From a virus (lineage: Duplodnaviria > Caudoviricetes): a DNA stretch of 32,104 bases. Positions 27,150 to 32,104 of the stretch are shown in pieces. Numbering within the stretch: position 1 is the first letter of the stretch; each line of letters opens with the position of its first letter. The stretch spans positions 1-32,104 of IMG/VR virus record IMGVR_UViG_3300022862_000019. One strand, 5' to 3'. A program made the position numbers and the translations under genes. The notes under the pieces are model-generated. The model was not told the DNA's origin. It searched no databases and saw nothing but the letters and a program-made list of their open reading frames with translations.

Positions 27150-28503
27150 GCACCTCGCTCATGCGTGCTTTCACAGCTTCCATCAAGGCTTCCTGTTGTT
27201 GCTCTTTACCTTGCAGAACGGACATTACACGCTCGTCTATGCTGTCTTTTAACACCAGATGATGCACTACCACAGTTTCTTTTTGTCCTTGACGGTGAAG
27301 CCTTGCATTGGCTTGCATATACAGTTCTAAGCTCCAATTCAACCCATACCAAACAATGGTATGTCCACCATCTTGCATGTTTAAACCATGCCCTGCACTT
27401 GCTGGATGTGCTAGAAGGATTTCTATTTCACCGTTGTTCCACTTTTCAATCGTGCTTGAATCATCTAACTCCCTAGCTTGCTTGAATTTCTTTTTAATCC
27501 GTTCCACATCATGCTTGTAATTATAAAACACCAAGATGGGCTTTCCTTGCGATGCCTCTACAATTTCCTCTAAGGCATCTAATTTCACGTTATGAATGAT
27601 TTGCACACCATCTTTATCGTTGTAGGCTGCACCACTAGAAAGCTGTAAAAGCTTATTACTTAGTACAGCTGCAGTTGTAGCCACAATGTCACCATCAGAG
27701 AATTCCAATAACGAGTCTTTTTCAAGCTTGTTATACAGTTCTCGCTCTTTTGGAGAAAGTTTTAACTCAACAATGTTCATGATTGGATCATGAAGGTCTT
27801 TTAAGTAATCCTTTGCTTTCATGGACAGACAGATGTCATCAATCTTGCCATAGATTTGTTGTTCGGCACCTTCTTGCAATTCGATGTGATACACACGATA
27901 CGGATCCTGCTTAAAATACTTACTTTTGTATTTAGTAAACGTCTTTTCTAGCCGTTCACCCATGTCAATCAAGTAAATTTGGGACCACAGGTCGATTAAA
28001 CTGTTAGGTGCTGGTGTTCCAGTTAATCCTACAACTCTTTTCGTTCTAGTTCTTACCTTTCGTAAGGCACGGAATCGCTTAGAGCTTGGATTTTTAAAAC
28101 TTGATAACTCATCAATGACAATCATGTCAAACGGCCATGTTTTACCGTTTTCGTAGTAAGAAACAAGCCATTCCACATTTTCACGATTGATCACATATAT
28201 GTCTGCCTGTTTTTGAAGGGCTTTTCTTCTTTGCTGTTCTGTACCAAGAACCTTGCTTATTTTTAAATGTCTTAGGTGTTCCCATTTTGCAACTTCACGT
28301 GACCAGGTATCTTCTGCAACACGTTTCGGGGCAATCACTAACACCTTCTCAACATCAAAGTAATCATTTTTTAATTCATCAACAGCTGTAAGTGTTGAAA
28401 CAGTTTTCCCCAAGCCCATATCTAGTAATAATGCATAAGCTGGGTTTTCAATAATCTTCTCAATTGCAACCTTCTGGTATGCATGGGGTATAAACTTTGT
28501 CAT
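27136..28503 (-). CDS. SNF2-family helicase
   Basis: DMGLGKT, VIDELS, GLTGTP, GHGLN.Q, QANARL.RQGQ motifs. Confidence 0.95.
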   Translation of the reverse strand: MTKFIPHAYQKVAIEKIIENPAYALLLDMGLGKTVSTLTAVDELKNDYFDVEKVLVIAPKRVAEDTWSREVAKWEHLRHLKISKVLGTEQQRRKALQKQADIYVINRENVEWLVSYYENGKTWPFDMIVIDELSSFKNPSSKRFRALRKVRTRTKRVVGLTGTPAPNSLIDLWSQIYLIDMGERLEKTFTKYKSKYFKQDPYRVYHIELQEGAEQQIYGKIDDICLSMKAKDYLKDLHDPIMNIVELKLSPKERELYNKLEKDSLLEFSDGDIVATTAAVLSNKLLQLSSGAAYNDKDGVQIIHNVKLDALEEIVEASQGKPILVFYNYKHDVERIKKKFKQARELDDSSTIEKWNNGEIEILLAHPASAGHGLNMQDGGHTIVWYGLNWSLELYMQANARLHRQGQKETVVVHHLVLKDSIDERVMSVLQGKEQQQEALMEAVKARMSEVLGID

Positions 28504-28787
28504 AGTTCTTCCCTCAATTCTGCAATCAGTTTATCAACCTCTGGTTTCGTTGTCAAAACATACGTTCGGCATTGAAGACTTTTTAAAACGGTCTGCATAC
28601 GCACTTGAAGTGCTGACAGCCGTCCTTTGTTTCCATTCTTCAATTCTGCAAAGATGACTTTTCCTCTTGGTAAGATTAAAAGGCGATCTGGCACACCTTT
28701 ATTTCCCGGGCTCACAAATTTAAGACATTGCCCTCCGAGTTTTTCAATTTCACGTTTCAAATAATTTTCAATCTGCGATTCTCTCAT
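28500..28787 (-). CDS. VRR-NUC domain nuclease
   Basis: 'RE..IE.YL...GG..LKFVSPG..GVPDR...F.ELK...G.LS.LQ'. Confidence 0.92.
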   Translation of the reverse strand: MRESQIENYLKREIEKLGGQCLKFVSPGNKGVPDRLLILPRGKVIFAELKNGNKGRLSALQVRMQTVLKSLQCRTYVLTTKPEVDKLIAELREEL

Positions 28788-28812
28788 GTCTAATTTCTAC
28801 CTCCAAGTTAAA

Positions 28813-29116
28813 CGGTAAACAAGGGCAACAATCTCACATACGCGTATAGAGTACTATTGATTTAGGCGTATTAGGTATAATTTATATATGTTATATATAC
28901 CTAATATATAAAATACATCTCAATAGATATTAATTGTTTACTTCGTTTACCTTTATATATAAAAGCAGTAACCGCAAGGGTTTAGGCTATCAAGAAACGG
29001 CAACAAACACTGTTTACCCTTGTTGTCTTTGTTTACCCACTTTAACGATTTAAAGCATTAACATTTGTTGCCGTTTTTCGACTTTGTTGCCGTTCTTTTT
29101 AGACTTTGTTTACCCT
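28813..29116. other. Putative phage replication origin (iterons plus AT-rich unwinding region)
   Basis: Non-coding gap right after the primase gene; about 11 GTTTAC/GTTGCC-type hexamers in both orientations flanking a TA-rich core (about 28875-28925). Confidence 0.75.
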
Positions 29117-29133
29117 GTATTTTGGTAAATCTG

Positions 29134-31650
29134 CTATTTTTCAACACGTACAAATGCACGCTGTGTGCCGTATTCTGCACCAAATTTAAGTGTAGATTTG
29201 TGAGGTTTCCAACCTGGTAAAGTAGCCAAGATTGAATTTATTTCCCGAGATTCATGCATCGGAAACGACCCTCTATCCTTCCCTAAACACTCGCACCAAA
29301 TTTCTAATGCACACACTTTTTCTCGTAATCGAACACCTGATTTTTGCGCTGCAAGGGCTTCATTTTCTTCTAAAAGTTCCTCTTCTTCCTCTGTAAAATC
29401 GTCAGAAAAATCATGATCTCTCATAGCTAACTTGCGGTCATTTATCGATTTTTTATACCAATCTGTTGTAATTGGTTTTTCTAAGAAGCTAAGAATCTGT
29501 CCTGCGTATGTCGATTCTACTGTATGGGCTAACTGCATATTAAGTGCCTCGGCCGCCATCGCCTCGTCCAAGTATAAAGGCGAACCACTTTTATACAGAT
29601 GAACTGCTTCGGCCCAAATTTGGTCAATCTCTAGACGACCTTTTTCACTATCAAGCTCTTTCCATTTTCGTTTACTATTCGGTTGCACTTCTACAGGTAG
29701 AAACCGACGGTTTCCAGTACGATCTCGTAAAAATTCATGTTCATTTGTTGTACCAATAAAGATGCATTGACGTGGAAATTCTTCAGGTCGTTTACCGTAT
29801 GCAACACGGTACCTGTCCACTTGTTTAGACAAGAATTGTTTAATGGTTTCAACTTCACTTTTCTTTGTTGCAGCCAGCTCACCCATCTCCATAATCCATA
29901 CACCATGCAAGCTTTCATAAGCTTCTTTACCATGAATCGAAGTTAAGCTATCACTGAACCATTTACCGCCAAGCATGTTAAACAGCATGGATTTACCAAG
30001 CCCTTGTGGTCCCACCAGTGTTAACATAAAGTCATATTTGCAACCTGGTTCAAAGATGCGTGCAACTGCTGCAACCAATGTCATTCGTGTAACAGTACGT
30101 ACATACTCCGTATCAGCAGCACCCAAAAAGTCAATCAGCAACGTATCAACACGGTTTACTCCGTCCCACTCTAAAGCCCCTAAGTAATCGCGCACAGGAT
30201 GGAACGTATTCGCACGTTGCACCCCACCTAATGCATCCGCAATCTTCGAGTTGCCTGTAATGGACCACACCATATCTAAATAGTTGCGTAGGTCCTCATC
30301 ATCACCGTTTGTCCAACCTATAGATTTTTCTCTCTTACGCCAAGGTAAGTCTCTTAGAATTTCGGGTTGTCTACTAAACTCGTTGAAGGCAAAGCATCCT
30401 TTTAGATGCGGATCATTCTCCAAAATCAACTTGAGGTTTTTAGCTGTGACTTCAAGCTCACCAGCTTTATTAATATCGAATTTCGCCTTCCACAGCCCAT
30501 CATCCTGAACCTTTTCCTCGCTGTTAGTTTCTACATCATCCTCAAGGTCAAAGTCCTCTGCTGCGCTTTTAATACGTTCATCTGCGAGCATCATTTTTAC
30601 TTTATCAAGCGTTCGGACTTTATCGTTCATAGCTTTGGCTGAAGGTAATCTATTAACTGGCGTACCTTCTTTTGCATCCTCATCTAAATCATTAAATAGA
30701 TGCAACCGGACTAAATCATAAGCGTTTACCAGCTGTTCAGAAACAGGATCGGTACCATGATGGCTGTATGCAAAAACATCATCATAGAGTACGAGCCCAC
30801 CTGTTGTAGAGCCTCCGTTGAAACTGTAACGGCCATCACCAGCCTCGGAGTACACATCTGATAAAAATGTTTCAATAGCTTCAGTAATGGAGTACGTACG
30901 GCAGAAAGCACCAACCATTCCTGGTTTCGTTAATGGGTCGCCTTGCTTGTCAGCCATCTTTTTACGGCTCTCACGTTGCCGAGATGACTCCGGCCATTCA
31001 GCTGGATCACGCCAATCGTTGTACATTTTTAATATCTCAGCCGGATCCAACCAAGCTGCATCCTGATAATCGAAGACATACTCACCATCACTAGCCGTAG
31101 ACGGCCAATACATTAATCGGTGTGGCTGATAGGTTGTATCATCGAAGTAATCAATGCCAAATATATCAGCAAGCTTTTTCGCAACGGCTACATATTCCTC
31201 TGCTGATACTGGTCGAGACAAGGGAATAATCAAGCGTATACGTGGCTTTTTAGACGTATGCTTGTGAGTGCTGTAAATGGCACAAGCATTGTCAAAGAAC
31301 GCTGTTACACCATCCCAGAAGTCCCCTTGAATGAAGTCGGCATCTAAGGTAATCAGCTGACGCCAAGCTACGCTATCTGCCTTTCTTCGACCACCTTTTA
31401 AGCTTCCCCCTACAAAGCCCCCTACATCTTTAATAGAGCCTTGCTCGTCCTTTGATAGCTTCATGTACTCTGCAAGTGATTCTTTTGTACGTACAGTTGT
31501 AGAAAGCTTTTTTAGGAAGTCACTGTACGACATTTCTGTGTTCTTCCAAGCTGTTGACTTACGTGATGTTGCCGTTGCAATCGTCAGCATGCCATCATGC
31601 TGTATTGCAATCACTTTGGGTTTATCTGCTGACTGCTGCATGTGATTCAA
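29134..31650 (-). CDS. Primase / SF3 helicase (virulence-associated E family)
   Basis: N-terminal primase motifs (LITLDAD, YSTHKH), Walker A GPQGLGKS, 'GTTN..EFL.D.TGNRRF'. Confidence 0.93.
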   Translation of the reverse strand: MNHMQQSADKPKVIAIQHDGMLTIATATSRKSTAWKNTEMSYSDFLKKLSTTVRTKESLAEYMKLSKDEQGSIKDVGGFVGGSLKGGRRKADSVAWRQLITLDADFIQGDFWDGVTAFFDNACAIYSTHKHTSKKPRIRLIIPLSRPVSAEEYVAVAKKLADIFGIDYFDDTTYQPHRLMYWPSTASDGEYVFDYQDAAWLDPAEILKMYNDWRDPAEWPESSRQRESRKKMADKQGDPLTKPGMVGAFCRTYSITEAIETFLSDVYSEAGDGRYSFNGGSTTGGLVLYDDVFAYSHHGTDPVSEQLVNAYDLVRLHLFNDLDEDAKEGTPVNRLPSAKAMNDKVRTLDKVKMMLADERIKSAAEDFDLEDDVETNSEEKVQDDGLWKAKFDINKAGELEVTAKNLKLILENDPHLKGCFAFNEFSRQPEILRDLPWRKREKSIGWTNGDDEDLRNYLDMVWSITGNSKIADALGGVQRANTFHPVRDYLGALEWDGVNRVDTLLIDFLGAADTEYVRTVTRMTLVAAVARIFEPGCKYDFMLTLVGPQGLGKSMLFNMLGGKWFSDSLTSIHGKEAYESLHGVWIMEMGELAATKKSEVETIKQFLSKQVDRYRVAYGKRPEEFPRQCIFIGTTNEHEFLRDRTGNRRFLPVEVQPNSKRKWKELDSEKGRLEIDQIWAEAVHLYKSGSPLYLDEAMAAEALNMQLAHTVESTYAGQILSFLEKPITTDWYKKSINDRKLAMRDHDFSDDFTEEEEELLEENEALAAQKSGVRLREKVCALEIWCECLGKDRGSFPMHESREINSILATLPGWKPHKSTLKFGAEYGTQRAFVRVEK

Positions 31651-31692
31651 TCCTTTCTAAATTGTTCCTCTTTGCCCTAATCGCATGATTAA

Positions 31693-31721
31693 TTGACAAA
31701 ATTTTAAAGTTAATCTATAAT
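31693..31721 (+). promoter_or_regulatory. Consensus sigma-A promoter
   Basis: TTGACA (31693-31698), 17-bp spacer, TATAAT (31716-31721). Confidence 0.9.
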
Positions 31722-31727
31722 CTATTA

Positions 31728-32042
31728 ATACTTTAAGTAAGTATACATCAGTTGTAGGTTCGAGCCCTGCACTCCTCGCCGAGAAAATAAACATTGCTCT
31801 GAGTAGCAAGTACTGGATTATTGGTATTTTTATTGCTAATTCTCTATCAATTGCTATGACGAAAACATGGGAATCATTAACTAAAGAAATTCGGGAGTTG
31901 ATTGTTATGGTAATGTTTACTACTATCACGCTATTAGTCTATGTGGCTTCTGAGGAGTTAGTTTAAAATTGGTAAAACGGTTGATATAAGAAACCAAGAC
32001 TAATAGCACCTAATTCATCTCTTTCGAGCGATGAATTTTTTT
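31728..32042 (+). ncRNA. Circularly permuted tRNA-like RNA (3' half 31747-31780, 5' half 31952-31985) enclosing about 170 nt
   Basis: T-arm GTAGG-TTCGAGC-CCTGC followed by ACTCCTC-G-CC; downstream GAGGAGT-TA-GTTT-AAAATTGGTA-AAAC-G; acceptor strands are 7/7 complementary; bounded by promoter and terminator. Confidence 0.8.
31856..31966 (+). CDS. Putative small hydrophobic peptide inside the permuted tRNA-like RNA (start uncertain)
   Basis: Frame open 31721-31966; ATG 31856 gives 36 aa; ATG 31907 with SD GGGAG gives 19 aa MVMFTTITLLVYVASEELV. Confidence 0.4.
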   Translation: MTKTWESLTKEIRELIVMVMFTTITLLVYVASEELV

Positions 32043-32046
32043 ATTT
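32012..32046 (+). terminator. Intrinsic terminator of the tRNA-like unit
   Basis: AATTCATC-N10-GATGAATT followed by a T run. Confidence 0.8.
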
Positions 32047-32104
32047 CAGTAACCCATCATAGTGTTCAACTGTCCAAACCGTATTTTTCAGTCAAAATCT
32101 GAAT

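Noticed and set aside
28930-29116. CRISPR-like array
   Set aside because: Repeats are 6-10 bp with irregular short spacing; no cas genes.
31657-31929. 90-aa minus-strand ORF in the track
   Set aside because: Antisense to the plus-strand promoter, tRNA-like RNA and terminator unit; no SD or recognisable motif; probably a shadow ORF.
31747-32006. Canonical tRNA gene, tRNA-derived att remnant, or two-piece tmRNA
   Set aside because: The halves are in reversed order with no anticodon loop. A matching 5' half downstream argues against a simple att fragment. There is no G3-U70, and only about 25 nt follow the D-arm (short frame ending TAA TAG, no pseudoknots), too little for a tmRNA coding piece.
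32041-32104. 3' end of an upstream minus-strand gene
   Set aside because: Too short to assign the frame or product with confidence.

Overview
AT-rich Firmicute (Bacillaceae-type, host inferred) temperate siphophage/prophage, almost entirely on the minus strand. Read right to left it runs: primase-SF3 helicase (virulence-associated E family), an iteron-rich putative origin, VRR-NUC, SNF2 helicase, sigma-like late regulator, terS, [hicAB insert], PBSX-type terL, SPP1-type portal, minor head, small accessory genes, scaffold, decoration, major capsid, head-tail joining, major tail, frameshifted tail chaperone, tape measure, Dit, fibre/RBP, morons, Tal-like protein, holins, amidase endolysin, and a plus-strand DUF4352-like moron. 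The most striking unannotated element is at the right end (about 31693-32045): a stand-alone plus-strand unit with a consensus sigma-A promoter and an intrinsic terminator that encodes a circularly permuted, anticodon-less tRNA-like RNA. Its 3' half (T-arm plus acceptor) comes first and its 5' half (acceptor plus D-arm) comes about 170 nt later, bracketing an in-frame hydrophobic ORF. Other notable signals are a second, diverged but exactly colinear copy of the putative origin at the left end (offset 28,622 bp), two dif-like Xer cores with shared accessory motifs including an ARG box, a cis anti-Shine-Dalgarno against hicA, and a LexA box in a tail-region moron promoter. Protein family calls come from recognised motifs and synteny, not from database searches.
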